Under the pieces are notes generated by a model, which searched no databases, was not told the origin of the DNA, and saw nothing but the letters and a program-made list of their open reading frames with translations. Positions 41,091 to 54,725 of a DNA stretch of 64,000 nucleotides are shown one piece after another; position 1 is the stretch's first letter, and the number at the start of each line of letters is the position of its first letter. This DNA comes from Octopus sinensis (taxonomy: Eukaryota), in contig NC_042997.1 of assembly GCF_006345805.1 (NCBI RefSeq), positions 116,064,001 through 116,128,000 on the forward strand, written 5' to 3'. A program made the position numbers and the translations under genes.

Positions 41091-42614
41091 CACATCTCCA
41101 CCTTAATCGGCTATGTAAATTAATTCTACACACACAGGAACACACATATACATACACACATATCAATCTATACCCATGATCTAAAATATATAACTGCCAT
41201 ATATATACAAAGCATGCACACTAAATGCATAAGCGCGTACACAGATAGCATAAACGAACAAGCGTAGGACAGCTAGCCAACCCACCAGTCACACAATATC
41301 TACAAACTGCCAATATATTAACTGGAAATTTTCACCCAAATATAACAGGAGTTATTTCCTCTCTTTAATTCCATTCCTCTGAATCACGTGATCTCAAATT
41401 ACCATCCCCATCATATTTGGGACTGATGAGAGACCCATAAGAAAAGAAAGCATTTGTCTACAAATATGGATTTCGAAATCTATGGCAGCTCAAACTGTAC
41501 GTGTAGATTATATTAATAAGATTCAGCTCCACTGACTATATAGAACGCTCTGCTTTCACTTCTGACTTTCTACGGAAACTTTCAATACTCGTTCTCTTTC
41601 GAATATATATATATATATTATATATATATAATATATATATATATTATATATATATATAATATATATATATATATCTTTATATTCGTTATGCCGTGTGAGC
41701 AGTGCCTGATGACTGTACTGGAACACCAGACATGTTTTAAAACAACGTTTGGCCTGTTCTCAGGACATGAAACTAATAGTAGCACATAAAAAATATATTG
41801 CGCTTATTAAATAAATAATATATATATCTATAATTATTATATTTATATACACAAGTTTATATATATGTGCATGTATGCATATATAATAAATATTTAATAA
41901 ATATACATACGTAAGTCATATGCGACGTATTAAATATATTAAATATATTAAATATATTAAACTTCGTCCTGGTTATAGAAGCCATGGACAATCCACTGTA
42001 ACTTCGGCATTTTCAATTGAAGGTCAGTTTGACCAGTTTTGTCCCTAATTAGAGATTAACCAAGGACATGAACGTATAGAAGACTTCTGAGTGTCTAAAA
42101 TCATAGCCTTTCCCCCATTCCATCCAAAACAGATTTTAGTAAAATTCAAAACTATATTTTAACTAACTACATATTAGTAGCAATTATATTTTTAACTACA
42201 TGTTTCAATATTACTAAATCAATGTCTTAAAAAACCCAACTCGGTGCCGTTATTAATGTGTAGCTTCTAAAACTAATATTGTCTCTTATTAATATACAAT
42301 TTATTAAATAACGTCTCATGGCTCATCCATTTTTGATATGAAATTGATAGTTTAAAACGATACAATTTTCAATGAATATGAATAAAAATAACTAGATTAT
42401 TTATTATCAAATTATGTAATTTTTCTGCAATGCATTTACTGTGCATCGTTATTGGTTGGGACCATCGTTCACCTCTTACTCTCTATTAACATTTTAGGGT
42501 TTATAGAAGGTATCCAGATGCCCCGATTTGAGGAAGCTTGTCCCGATATTCCCGACAATAGGCCTGCTATATCAAAAGAATATTTCGGGATGAAGTATTC
42601 TTTTATTCCTTTTA

Positions 42615-42855
42615 AGGCGGCGAGCTGGCAGAAACGTTAGCACGCCGGGCGAAATGCTTAGCAGTATTTCACCTGCCGCTACGTTCTGAGTTCAAATTCC
42701 ACCGAGGTCGACTTTGCCTTTCATCCTTTCAAAGTCGATTAAATAGGTACCAGTTACACACTGGGGTCGATACAATCGACTTAATCCCTTTGTCTGTCCT
42801 TGTTTGTCCTCTCTGTGTGATAGTAAAGCCCCTTGTGGATAGTAAAGAAATAAGA
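42615..42855 (+). mobile_element. Type A SINE short form
   Basis: ggcggcgagctggcagaaacgttagc head, CORE, spacer. Confidence 0.88.
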
Positions 42856-43081
42856 ATACTTCGGGACGATAAATGGTCCAGGATTTTTTTATAGGATTTT
42901 ATTTTGATCTCAAAAGTTCATAAATATTTTCCAGTTTATCCAGAGTGGAAAGAAGTTGAAGGATCAATCTTATCTTTCCATAAATTAATTATTAAATCTG
43001 ATTTGTGTAATGAAAACATTATTGAAAAACTTCTTGCTCAGAAATTGCGTATTATTCGTCGAAATATTAAACAACAATAGG

Positions 43082-43254
43082 GGCGAACGTGGCTGAATGG
43101 TTGAGAAGCTTGTTTCACAAGCATGCCGTCTGGGGTTCAGTCCCACAGCGTAGCACCCTTGGCAAGTGTTTTTCTCTATACCCTCGAGCCTACCAAATTC
43201 TTGTGAGTGGATTTGATAGAAGGAAACTGAAAAAAGTCCGCCGCGCGCGCGTGT

Positions 43255-43339
<85 letters not shown>

Positions 43340-43660
43340 GTGTGTGTGGTGTATGTACGTCTCTGTGTGTAAGAGGCGTGGCCTAGTGGTTAGAGTATTG
43401 CACTCACCAACACTAGACCATGGGTTCGATTCCCGGACTAGGCGACGCATCGTGTACTTCAGCAAAACACTTTTTTTAACGTTGCTCCAGTCCACTTGGC
43501 CGCAAATGGGTAACTCCGTGAATACCCTTCTGTTCAGGGGGAATGTTGGCCTGCTCGCCTTGCCATCGGAGGCGGCATCATTCGAAAGCTAAAACGATGC
43601 GAAGTGTATTGCGACCAGCGATGTATAGCACCATCCTGTAGTCTGGGTGATCACGTGATA
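43082..43660 (+). mobile_element. Type B SINE 5' half followed by a type C SINE (43372-43660)
   Basis: Heads with A/B boxes; the type C tail is shared in reverse with 35915-36030. Confidence 0.8.
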
Positions 43661-43722
43661 TTATATATATATATACATACATACAACATACACACACATA
43701 TATATATATATATATATAATAT

Positions 43723-43769
<47 letters not shown>

Positions 43770-43770
<1 letters not shown>

Positions 43771-43960
43771 GTGAATCCAGACAAAGAAGAACAAACAAGA
43801 AAAACAATAACGCGAGGTACAAGTACTGTATTGTTAAACGCTCAGGAAGGAAGGAAAGAGGATTTAACGTTTCGAGCCAAGCTTTTCTTCAGAAATAGAG
43901 GAAAGTCCAAATGAAGGGAAAATGGAGGAAGAAAATCGCCAACGATACACACGTGGTTCA
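43770..43960 (-). mobile_element. Hammerhead-bearing short element, family beta
   Basis: Motif 43862-43896: AUUU CUGAAGA A AAGC-UUG-GCUC GAAA CGUU AAAU; abuts (TA)n. Confidence 0.72.
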
Positions 43961-44582
43961 GGTATGGTGAGAGGGTGTGAATGTCGGTGTAGGTGTTATT
44001 GGTGGCAACACGATGGGCTCCTAGCAGTTTCCGTCTACCAAATCCACTCACAAGGCTTTGGTTGGCCCGAGGCTATAGTAAAATGACATTGGTCCAAGGT
44101 GCCACGCAGGGAGTTTGAACCCGGAATCATGTGGTTGGTAAGGAAGCTACTTACCACGCAGCCTCTCCTGCACCTATATTTTGTTCATATTTATTTTCGA
44201 TTACAGGATATCGTGTTGATTGCGAAATAGTTATTCCTCTAATTGACGCTCAAGGGTCTGACGAAAGAAACAGACTGGATGATCGGTCAATCAATTATGT
44301 TATTTTGTATATTTGAAACTTCTAAGATATAGATTAATTGAAATTCAATGAAATCGTTTTAAAATGCAATGGCAAAGGCGTCATTTCAGTCCAACGCCTG
44401 TGATTAGCGACGTTTTTAATTTATGGTTTTTCCACATTTGGAGATTAACCAAAATATATTATCGATAATTCATGTTCGTATGCATAAAAAAAAATTACAG
44501 TGCATACGTATATACAATAATAATTGTATACACATATATACATAAACATACAAATACGTATATATAAGTGTATATATATATG

Positions 44583-44637
<55 letters not shown>

Positions 44638-45005
44638 CACATACGCACATAGAGATAATGTATATATACACATATATATATACACATACATACATGTATA
44701 TACATGTATATATATGTATATGTACATTATATATATATATATATAATATATATATATATATATGCACACACACACATACATGCATACATTCTTTTATTCG
44801 TTCAGTCATTTGACTCGGGTTGATATGTTTTAGTCGAACATATCAACTCCAAGACTTAATCTTTGTAAGCCTGGTACTTATTCTCACGGTCTCTTTTTGC
44901 CGAAGCGCTAAGTTACAAGGATATAGACACACCAACATCTGTTGTCAAGCGAAGGTGGGGGTGTGTGGACAAACACATGCACACAAACATATACATGTAT
45001 ATATA

Positions 45006-45073
<68 letters not shown>

Positions 45074-45115
45074 GTATATAATATATATATATATATATTA
45101 TATATATATATATAT

Positions 45116-45215
45116 ATGATAGATCGATAGCTACTACACACATTTTTTCTCTCCTTGTTTCTTTCTGTGTTCCTTTCTGTGGAAGAACGTAGGCTCGAAA
45201 CGTTAAAGACTTTTT
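45116..45215 (+). mobile_element. Family alpha element, 3'-truncated
   Basis: atgatagatcgatagctactacac...CUUU CUGUGGA A GAAC-GUAG-GCUC GAAA CGUU AAAG (45173-45208), after (TA)n. Confidence 0.72.
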
Positions 45216-45479
45216 CGAACCACGTGTTCGACATCATCGGTTTTCAGTCCGAACTTTTTCTTTATTTGCCACACTAGCCATAACGAAGAGGGCACAGTAC
45301 AAGGACAGACAAAACATTGAGAGTTTGTGAACTCCCCATGTGTTAACTAGCGGTCTTTATAGTTCGGCCATACAGTATAAAGCGTGCCAAAATCATACAC
45401 CCTACTCTTGAAACAATCACGTGACCACAAAGAATGATTTTTTTTCGTTTTCGTTTATATATAATATAATATAATAAAA

Positions 45480-45735
45480 TTATTGTATACAGTGCTCAGG
45501 TGCACCACAACTTGTAAAAAGAGCGTATAAAGCATATACAGTAATGTACAAATGTCTGGAAAGTGAACAGTGTATGAGTCAGATACATACTTGCGTGTGT
45601 ATGGAGGGGAGAAAATCAGGTGTAGTGTTGGCGAATCTCAGGAAGCATAGAAGTTTTGAAGGATGCAGTGCTCCAACAACTAACAACTGATGCCGGGAGT
45701 TTGTTCCATACTTCAGCAACTCTTAGCGTGAAAAA
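45480..45735 (-). mobile_element. CR1-clade LINE 3' end
   Basis: Minus translation TLRVAEVWNKLPASVVSCWSTASFKTSMLPEIRQHYT* matches the CR1 RT terminal RV..WN.LP..VV...S..SFK motif, followed by a 3' UTR. Confidence 0.75.
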
Positions 45736-45828
45736 ATATACTACCTCTAATTCTGGTATGCAAAATAAGAGAGCAGTGTTCTAATTCGGTGTCGCACGAA
45801 CGAGAAATTATCTGAATATATTTGAGTG

Positions 45829-45886
<58 letters not shown>

Positions 45887-46069
45887 GACGCGTTTCGAAC
45901 TTAAAGTAAATTATATTTACCTATTGTTCCCCTCAGTGTAATACTCCGAGTTATAAATTTGCGAGTGTTACGATTAAATATGCACGCTTGATCGTGTACA
46001 CACTTAATCCTAACACTCGCATATATATATATTCTTTTATTCCTTTTAAGGAATAAAACAAACAATACT

Positions 46070-46930
46070 CATACAGATACGCACACAATTATACGCACAC
46101 AATTATACACACATAGGCACGGACACATACGCACATACACGCACGTAAGCACACACACGCACGCACATTACACCTACACAACTCCCCCCCACACACACAT
46201 ACACACCTATACATATACATACACACAATATATGCCTACACGCGCACACACACATACGTATACACATATAGACATACACACACACAACCGCACGAAAACA
46301 TGCGCACACATACGCACTCACACACGCGCACGAATGCACACACGAAGCACTCACAACCCCACGGATACACGTATATACACCCACATACGCTTACACACAC
46401 ACATACACACGCACACATACACGCACACACAATACACGCACATACGACACACACGCACATACACACACACAAATGAACCCACACATACATCCCATACACA
46501 CAGCACACAATGATACATATACGCACACAATTATACATACATGTGTACACACATACGCACGTACAAGCACACACGCACACATACACAAAGTAAAGCACAG
46601 TTATTCGCCACACACACACACTCTACGCATACACACACGAACACACACATACATGCACACACACACACACACAATGCATATACATGCACGCACACACACA
46701 TACTTCAAACTAGCAGTACCTCTCAATGTCCAATCTTCCACATGGGTAGACACAAGAGCCACTCCTAATTCCTTCTTCCTTGACCTTAAACAATACTAAG
46801 CCCTACCACACACATAGATTAACAGCCACAACCACACACACACACACGTGTTATCATTGCACACATACACACATACACACACACGCACACGCAGACCTTC
46901 GCGCACGCACATATTCACACTTACACACAC
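46070..46930. repeat. Degenerate (CA)-rich low-complexity array
   Basis: Visible; source of the His/Thr and Cys/Val ORFs. Confidence 0.9.
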
Positions 46931-46994
46931 ATACCTCCTCTTGCACTCTCCTATCTTTGAAAGAACTTTTCTTCACCCATTCCCTTCCGGTCAT

Positions 46995-47204
46995 TTAAAA
47001 TGTGATCGCGTGTGTACCGTTGGCGATTTTTTTCCCTCCGTCTTCCCTTCTCTGGATCTTTCCTTTTCCTATGTTTCTGACGAAGAGCTCAGCTCGAAAC
47101 GTTAAAATCTCCTTCTTCCCTTCCTTCCTGAGCGTCCTATAATACTATATTTGTTCCCCGTCCTCGCGTTGTTGTGTTTTCTCTTTGAGTTTTCATGTTT
47201 GGAT

Positions 47205-47210
<6 letters not shown>
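46995..47210 (+). mobile_element. Hammerhead-bearing short element, family beta (intact core)
   Basis: Motif 47074-47106: UUU CUGACGA A GAGC-UCA-GCUC GAAA CGUU AAA; ends ggattaac followed by (TA)n. Confidence 0.78.
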
Positions 47211-47255
<45 letters not shown>

Positions 47256-47256
47256 T

Positions 47257-47298
<42 letters not shown>

Positions 47299-47328
47299 CA
47301 TACATATATACATACATACATACATACA

Positions 47329-47364
<36 letters not shown>

Positions 47365-47498
47365 TATAGTTGAAAAAAGATTAGAGATCTATATAAATCA
47401 ATTTTTTTATATATAAAAGATGGGGGTGGAAATACCACAGAGGTAGATCTAAGACATTTCAACTTAAGAAGGAATTTACCGGTTTCGATGATGAATCT

Positions 47499-47697
47499 CA
47501 TCCATAAACAAGATTACAAACAAAAAGAATGGAGTAAGAAAGTCCTTTTATTACATTAATATCACCCCACCCCACCACACCACCAATCACCAGCACCATC
47601 ATCATCGCCATCATCGTCATCATCGCCATCATCATCGTCAACGTCGTCAACGTTGTCATGATCATGATCGTGATTATCATCATCAACGTCGTCATCG

Positions 47698-47733
<36 letters not shown>

Positions 47734-49872
47734 ACGTCGTCGTCGTCGTCGTCATCATCATCATTATCATCATCATCATTTCCGGTCAAAACCTTTCAGC
47801 TGTGAACAAGAAATATCACTTGTATGGAAACCCTAAATACGTAAGTACAAATTTATGAAAATTTGAAGTAAAAGCAGTTTATCTTCAGTCTGGTGGTCAA
47901 ACACACACACACACACAAAAGTATAAACATATATAATTCAAGCACATATGTACATATGTGTCTGTGCAAGCGTGTGTGCGTGGATGCGCGAGTGCGTGTT
48001 TCCTGTTCCGGTTGCAAACTGAAAAGTATGGTCATCTTAGCTTTATGTCTTTGTTGCAAATCACTATTGCAACGAAAGCGTAGAGAGAAGAATCAATCAG
48101 GATTCCAAGTCTTTTGAGAGCGACAAAACCAAATCCTGTCTTTGAAATACTTGCAACGTAAATTATTTGAATGGGGAATGGCGACAGTTGCGTACTGTGG
48201 TCGATCTAATCGACTGACCCCCTCCCCCAAAATTTCGGGCCTTGTGCCTAGAGTAGAAAAGAACATTATTTGAATGAATATAATGTTAAGTCGATAGAAT
48301 AAAATCCTATATCATTCCTATCCAAACCAAGGAGATACTCTTTTACTAATTTGACTGCAGCCATGCTGGAGTACCGCCTTTTTCAGTCGAATATACGACG
48401 GGCTTCTTACAGTTTCCATCTACCAAATCTTTGCTCGGCCTGAGGCTATAGTAGAAGGCAGTTACCCAAGGTGCTATGCAGTGGGACTGAACCCGGAACC
48501 ATGTGGTTTGGAAGCAATCTTCTTACCACACAGCCATGCCTGTGCCTATGTATCTTTTATCTTGTACTTGTTTCAGTCATTGGACTACAGCCATGCTGGG
48601 GCACCGCCTTGAAGAATTTTTAGTCGAATGAATCGACCCTTAGTGCATATTCTTTTAAAGTCAGGTATTCATGCTATCGATGTCTTTTTACCGAACCGCA
48701 AAGTCACGGGGACGTAAACAAACCAACAGCGGCTGTCAAACGGTGGTGGGAGACAAACAAATACAAAGACACAAAGACACACACACACATATACATAAAC
48801 TTTCAGTTTCCGTCTACCACTTTCAGTTTCCGCAATGGGACTGAACCATGTGGTTGTGAAGCAAGCTTCTTACCACACAGCCACGATCCATAAAGCACTA
48901 AGGCATATCAAAATGAAGCACTCCACTAATTGGCTAGACCGAACACCACAAAACAGACGGAGAAGCAATCTGTTATAGCTCCGTCCTGCGTTGTTAGCTA
49001 ACCCACAACTCCAATACAATATCCTTACAATAAGTTGCATTTTCAATACCTCGTAATGTATTAAATCCGTAAAGAAAAAGCTGTGTATCTGGCAATTAGA
49101 ACAAACACAAGTTGTAAGGTCAAAAATGTCTCATAAATATGTGAAGATTTAGGCAATTGAGAAGGAAAATCGTTGAAATATGGTTTTATATGTTACTCAG
49201 TCTTGAAATTGACTGAAGTTCATGTAAATGGACAATAATTTTTTGTTTATTACTCATGTTATAGTAATATATTTTTTTCCTTCTGTTCTTGTTGTCGTGT
49301 AGAGGAATACCAACAAAGAGAAAGAGATGCTAGTTTAAACAGAGAGCTAAGTCAGAAAGAATGGTTGTATGTATAAGAAATATGAATGGCTGGTAAATGG
49401 TATCTGCAATACTTAAATATAATACAAGCACACATACACACATACCCACACACAGACACACACACGCAGGCACACACACACACAAATGTACACAGATAAA
49501 CACATACGCGCACACACAGACAAACACACTCAAACGTACACACACAGACAAACACACTCAAACGCACACACATCCATATACAAGATTACAAACGAAAAAA
49601 AAAGAATGGAGTAAGAAAGTCCTTTTATTACATCAATATCATCCCACTCCAACACACCATCAATCACCATCACAACCACCATCATCATCATCATCATTAT
49701 CGTCATCATCATCGTCTTCGTTGTCGTCATCATCACCATCATCATACTCTTCATCGTCATCGTCGTCATCATCGTCATCATCGTTATCATCATCATCATC
49801 AACATCATCATCGCCGTCATCATCATCATCATTGTCATCATCATCGTCATCGTCATCGTCGTCATCATCATC

Positions 49873-49935
<63 letters not shown>

Positions 49936-50052
49936 GTCGTCGTCGTCGTCATCGTCGTCATCATCATCATCATCGTCATCATCATTTCCGGCCAAGACTT
50001 TTCAGCCGTGGACAGGAAATGTCACTTGTATGGAAACCTTTAATACGTAAGT
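47499..50052 (+). repeat. Dispersed direct duplication (47499-47846 and 49571-50052)
   Basis: Shared unique flanks aagaatggagtaagaaagtccttttattacat and atttccgg..ttcag..cacttgtatggaaacc..aatacgtaagt around (CAT)n arrays of different length. Confidence 0.92.
48345..48885 (-). mobile_element. Nested or rearranged type B SINE fragments
   Basis: Reverse heads at ~48540 and ~48880 with tail modules between them. Confidence 0.75.
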
Positions 50053-50297
50053 TAATACCTAATAATCGATCGATAATGAGTCAGTTGATACTTAATAGGT
50101 CGATAATAAATATGCCAAGTAATACTAACTGATCGATTATCCTCAGCCAGGTCACCAGAACCAGCTAAAATGTTTTAATACTGCTATTAGAGTCCTCTCT
50201 GAGAACAATGAATATTTGTCTACGGCTGTTGGAAACTCGCTTACTCAGAGAATCAAAACAGCGACCCTTGGAAGAAAATTGTCGAGATAATATATTC

Positions 50298-50700
50298 TTT
50301 TCTACTCTAGGTACAAGGCTTCAAATTTTTTGGTAGGGGGCAAGTCGATTAGATCGACCCCAGTACGCAACTGGTACTTAATTTATCGACCCCGAAAGGA
50401 TGAAAGGCAAAGTCGACCTCGGTGGAATTTGAACTCAGAACGTAACGGCAGACGAAATACCTATTTCTTTACTACCCACAAGGGCCTAAACACAGAGAGG
50501 ACAATCAAGGACAGAGACACGGATTAAGTCAATTATATCAACCCCAGTGCGTGACTGGTACTTATTTAATCGATCCCGAAAGGATGAAAGGCAAAGTCGA
50601 CCTCGGCGGAATTTGAACTCAGTACGCATCGGCAGACGAAATACGCTTACGCATTTCGCCCGACGTGCTAACGATTCTTTTCTACTCTAGGCACAAGGCC
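50298..50700 (-). mobile_element. Type A SINE, bipartite
   Basis: Two reverse CORE modules, with tail pieces on both sides. Confidence 0.85.
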
Positions 50701-50849
50701 CGACATCAGGACTTATTCTTTGTAAACCTAGTACTTATTCTATCGGTCTGTTTTGCCGAACCACTATGTAACAGGGACGAAAATACACCAGCATCGGTTG
50801 TGAAGTGAAGGTGGGGGGACAAACATATACACGCACATACACACACACA

Positions 50850-51025
50850 TCGCTGAACTCTATATGCTTTTTTCAGTCGCTTTCTGTTTATTTCCTCTTC
50901 TGTTGAAGCGCGTAGGCTCGAAACGTAAAAGACTTTTTCTTTTTCCCAAGCGTCAGACTAACACACATGCTTGTTGTTCATACACTTGTCTTCTGTTTTG
51001 CTTTTCTATAAATTTCAACTATACA
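50850..51025 (+). mobile_element. Family alpha element (degenerate)
   Basis: CUGUUGA A GCGC-GUAG-GCUC GAAA CGUA AAAG at ~50896-50931. Confidence 0.65.
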
Positions 51026-51083
51026 TATATGTGTGTGCGTGTGTATGTATGTATGTATATATATATATATATTATATATATAT

Positions 51084-51152
<69 letters not shown>

Positions 51153-51821
51153 ATATATATATATATGTATGTATGTGTACATTTGTGTCTGTGTTTCTTT
51201 GTTCCGCACCACTGCTTGACAAGCAGTATTAGTTTGTTTACGTCCGCTTAATTAGCGGTTCGGCAAAAGAAACCGATAGAATAAGTACCAGGTTTTAAAA
51301 AGAAAAACTTAAGCCCTGGGGTCCATTCATTCGACTAAAATTCTTCAAGGTGGCGCCTCAGCATGGCCTCAGTCTAATGGCTGAAACAAGAAAAAAAAAA
51401 GAAAAAGAAAACAACCTTTTCTGGTCAGTTCAAATGTTTGGGACATACTTGATCAGTAACAAGGCCATTTCACTGCGATTTGCCACGGAGAAAAATTCCT
51501 ACTTTAGGCAAGCCCGCGATACTTCCTTACTGGTGCACCTAAACGGAAAATTACCTGAAGTTTTTTAGTAGTGCGGCCCACCTGATGATCCACGACTTAT
51601 GCAGTTTGCTTCTCGGAAAAGGTTGCTCATTGCTTGCTTCAGGCAAAGAGTGTACAACACTCAAACCACTTCGTAGCGACTTCTAAGGACTAATATATGC
51701 ATTTCAAGCTAATTACGCTCTCTTCAGTTCCTAAGCGGGACAACTATGAAACGACTGAAAGCTTTCGCTTCCTTCTCTCTCTCTCTCTCTCTGTATATAT
51801 ATATATATATATAATCCTTTG

Positions 51822-51902
<81 letters not shown>

Positions 51903-52644
51903 ATGATCCTTTGTCTGTTCCCAATGTATTCTCAAACGGCTCAACCAAATCGAATCAAATTCTTACACCGTAATACTATGAGACCCTAGGAGTGTCAACA
52001 TGTATTTTTGGGGGATTAATTTACACAGCATACAAAAATACCGACATACTATATACGGTACCTTATTAAACACACACAAACATATCTATACATACTTATA
52101 CATACCTGCCGACTGATATGCGTGAAGTGCGGGCTGGCAAGTGCCAACGCACGCACACACACACACAAACACATCTACACATACATATACATACCTGACG
52201 ACTTGATTTTTTTTATTAACCACACAGGGTCGAAACAGAGGGGACAGCACAAGGTCAGACAAAACACAAAAGTGGTGCAAAAATAAAATGGAATGAAAAG
52301 AATGGTAATGAGAAATGAACAGGTGGAATGACGTCTACTCGAACCCCAACGCTCCAGTTAACGTCATTGAACGTTTTTAGAAAAAAAATTAACACGTGTT
52401 ATTTTATTTTTGTCTCTTTCTCCTTGTTGTGTGTTGCTTGTATTAGATCCCCAGTGGACGAATGACATGCGTAAAGCGCGGGCTGGCCAGTGCCAATAAG
52501 AAATTCTATTTTCATTTCCATTTAAACGATACACATTTACTGTTCCATTACCAGTCAATAATTATCGCAGCAGTTGTAAGGTAAAATATAAAATCTTTTG
52601 TCTCTCTGTACTAATTATTGTGGTATTTACCGTTAAATTATCAG

Positions 52645-53042
52645 GGATCTTTTCGGTTTGAATGGCAGTTTTTTCTAGCAGTGTCATATGAAATTGTCAC
52701 CCATAATTATGACCCTAGTATCGATCTTAGGGTTAAGGTTAGGGGTAGGGTGAATGGTATGTTTTTTTCTTCACAAATGTAAATAAACCCAAGCTGTTTC
52801 TTAAACGAGGGACATATTCACACGGCACAGAATGCTCTTTAACTCAATAGACGTCATTGATTGGTTGAAATTGCAGAAATTGAAGAAAAAACACAACAAA
52901 TATCTTACAAACTATAGAATTTTCTCAATAAAGCCAAGAGAAAAAGATGTTTTATAAACACATTCTACCAGTATACGAAGTTTAAAATTTTTTAGTTACC
53001 TAGAAATTATGTTAGAAACTGCCGTTCAAACCGAAAAGATCC
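52645..53042. mobile_element. MITE with GG..CC termini and 8-bp TSD (Merlin-like)
   Basis: TIRs GGATCTTTTCGGTTTGAATGGCAGTT / AACTGCCGTTCAAACCGAAAAGATCC; exact TSD ATTATCAG at 52637-52644 and 53043-53050. Confidence 0.88.
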
Positions 53043-53644
53043 ATTATCAGTTCTATACGTCTGCTATTTCGTTCCTTTGCTTATATTTCGTTAAATTTAC
53101 ACTGCATACAAAACTACAAACATACTTTCTTTCTCCCTCCCGCTCTCTCTCTCTCTTTTCCCTCCCTCTCTTTCATACATGCACATATTCACGCGCACCA
53201 TCACACATTCACACACCATACATTTTCAATAAAGCAACTAATGTTATGGTCGTTATTGTTCCTCCTGCTGCCGCTCCTGTTGTTGTTGTTGTTAAGGTTG
53301 TATTTGGTACAATCTCACAACAGATCTTCGGTAAATATTTAAATGTTTCAAGCAGGGACGGGTAAAACCGGGGCAAGTTGTAAAAACAAAAGAACTTGTG
53401 GAGGCACGTCTTGGCCGAACAAACAGTCAGACCTTACTTTTATAAATCTATAGCTATGCACGCGATCACATTAAGCAACATCATTGGGAATGTTATGAAT
53501 TCCAATACGTTATATAGTACTAATTAACTATATATACAACCAAAAGTCACCTGACAGTAAAACAAAACCATTTAATTCCAAGATTTATTTGTTTAACAAG
53601 CGCAGGACTTACGGCACTTTTGCATAATACCAACGGTGTGTATG

Positions 53645-53686
<42 letters not shown>

Positions 53687-53699
53687 TATATATATATGT

Positions 53700-53875
53700 A
53701 TGATAGATCGCTAGCCACTACACATTCTTTATTTTCTTTCTGTGTTCCTTTCTGTGGAAGAGCGTAGACTCGAAACGTTAAAGACTTTTTCACTTCCCGA
53801 GCGTTAAACTAATACATCTGTTTGTTGCCTACACCACCTGTCTTCGTCCTTTATTTTTTTTTTGTGAATTCTCCA
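53700..53875 (+). mobile_element. Family alpha element, full length
   Basis: tgatagatcgctagccactacac...CUUU CUGUGGA A GAGC-GUAG-ACUC GAAA CGUU AAAG (53748-53783)...gaattctcc; (TA)n on both sides. Confidence 0.78.
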
Positions 53876-54064
53876 AATATATATATATAAATTTATAGCC
53901 AATATATTTTAATATATAAATATACTGCTTACAGAAAGGTCACCTGAAAATGTCGGCCTTCATTTTTTATAAGTATTCCTTAAACATGGCGAAGTAGCGG
54001 CGTCCAAGATTATGCTTTTTAATAAACTAAAATGCGTGTAATTTTATGAAAATATCTTAAAGAC

Positions 54065-54725
54065 TCCGCCAGTTACGACGACGAGGGTCCCAGCTGATAC
54101 GATCAACGGAATAGCTTGCTCGTGAAATTAACGTGCAAATGACTGAGCATTCCACAGACACGTGTACCCTTAATGTAGTTCTCGGGGATAATCAGCGTGA
54201 CACAGAGAGTGACAAGGCTGACCCTTTGAAATACAAGTACAACTCATTTTTGCCAGCTGAGTGGATTGGAGCAACGTGAAATAAAGTGTCTTGCTCAAGG
54301 ACACAACGCGTCGCCGGGAATCGAACTCACAACCTTACGATCATGAGCCGAATACCCTAACCACTAAGCCACGCGCCCTCACTATGAAAATATAATATTT
54401 GTTTAGTTGTATATTTTTCATCTTGGAGGCGAAATGGCCCAGTGGTTAGGGCAGCGGACTTGCGGTTTCGATTCTCAGACCGGGCGTTGTGAGTGTTTAT
54501 TGAGCGAAAACACCTTAGGCTTCCCGAGTGGAGAACCTTGCAGTATTCTTTCTCCACAACTTTCTCTCACTGTTTCTTCCTGTTTCTGTTGTACCTGTAT
54601 TTCAAAGGGCCAGCCTTGTCACGCTGAATCTCCCCGAGAACTACGTTAAGGGCACACGTGTCTGTGGAGTGCTCAGCCACTTACACGTTAATTTCACGAG
54701 CAGGCTCGTCATCGTAACCGTCGGA
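54065..54725. mobile_element. Divergent pair of type C SINEs (minus 54065-54382, plus 54425-54725)
   Basis: tRNA-like heads face outward; both carry the cacgttaatttcacgagca tail module. Confidence 0.8.

Noticed and set aside
42495-42600. Plus-strand exon-like GFIEGIQMPRFEEACPDIPD
   Set aside because: It resembles a degenerate hAT subterminal sequence (tagggt..ccagatg..tgtcccg) interrupted by a SINE, with a weak donor.
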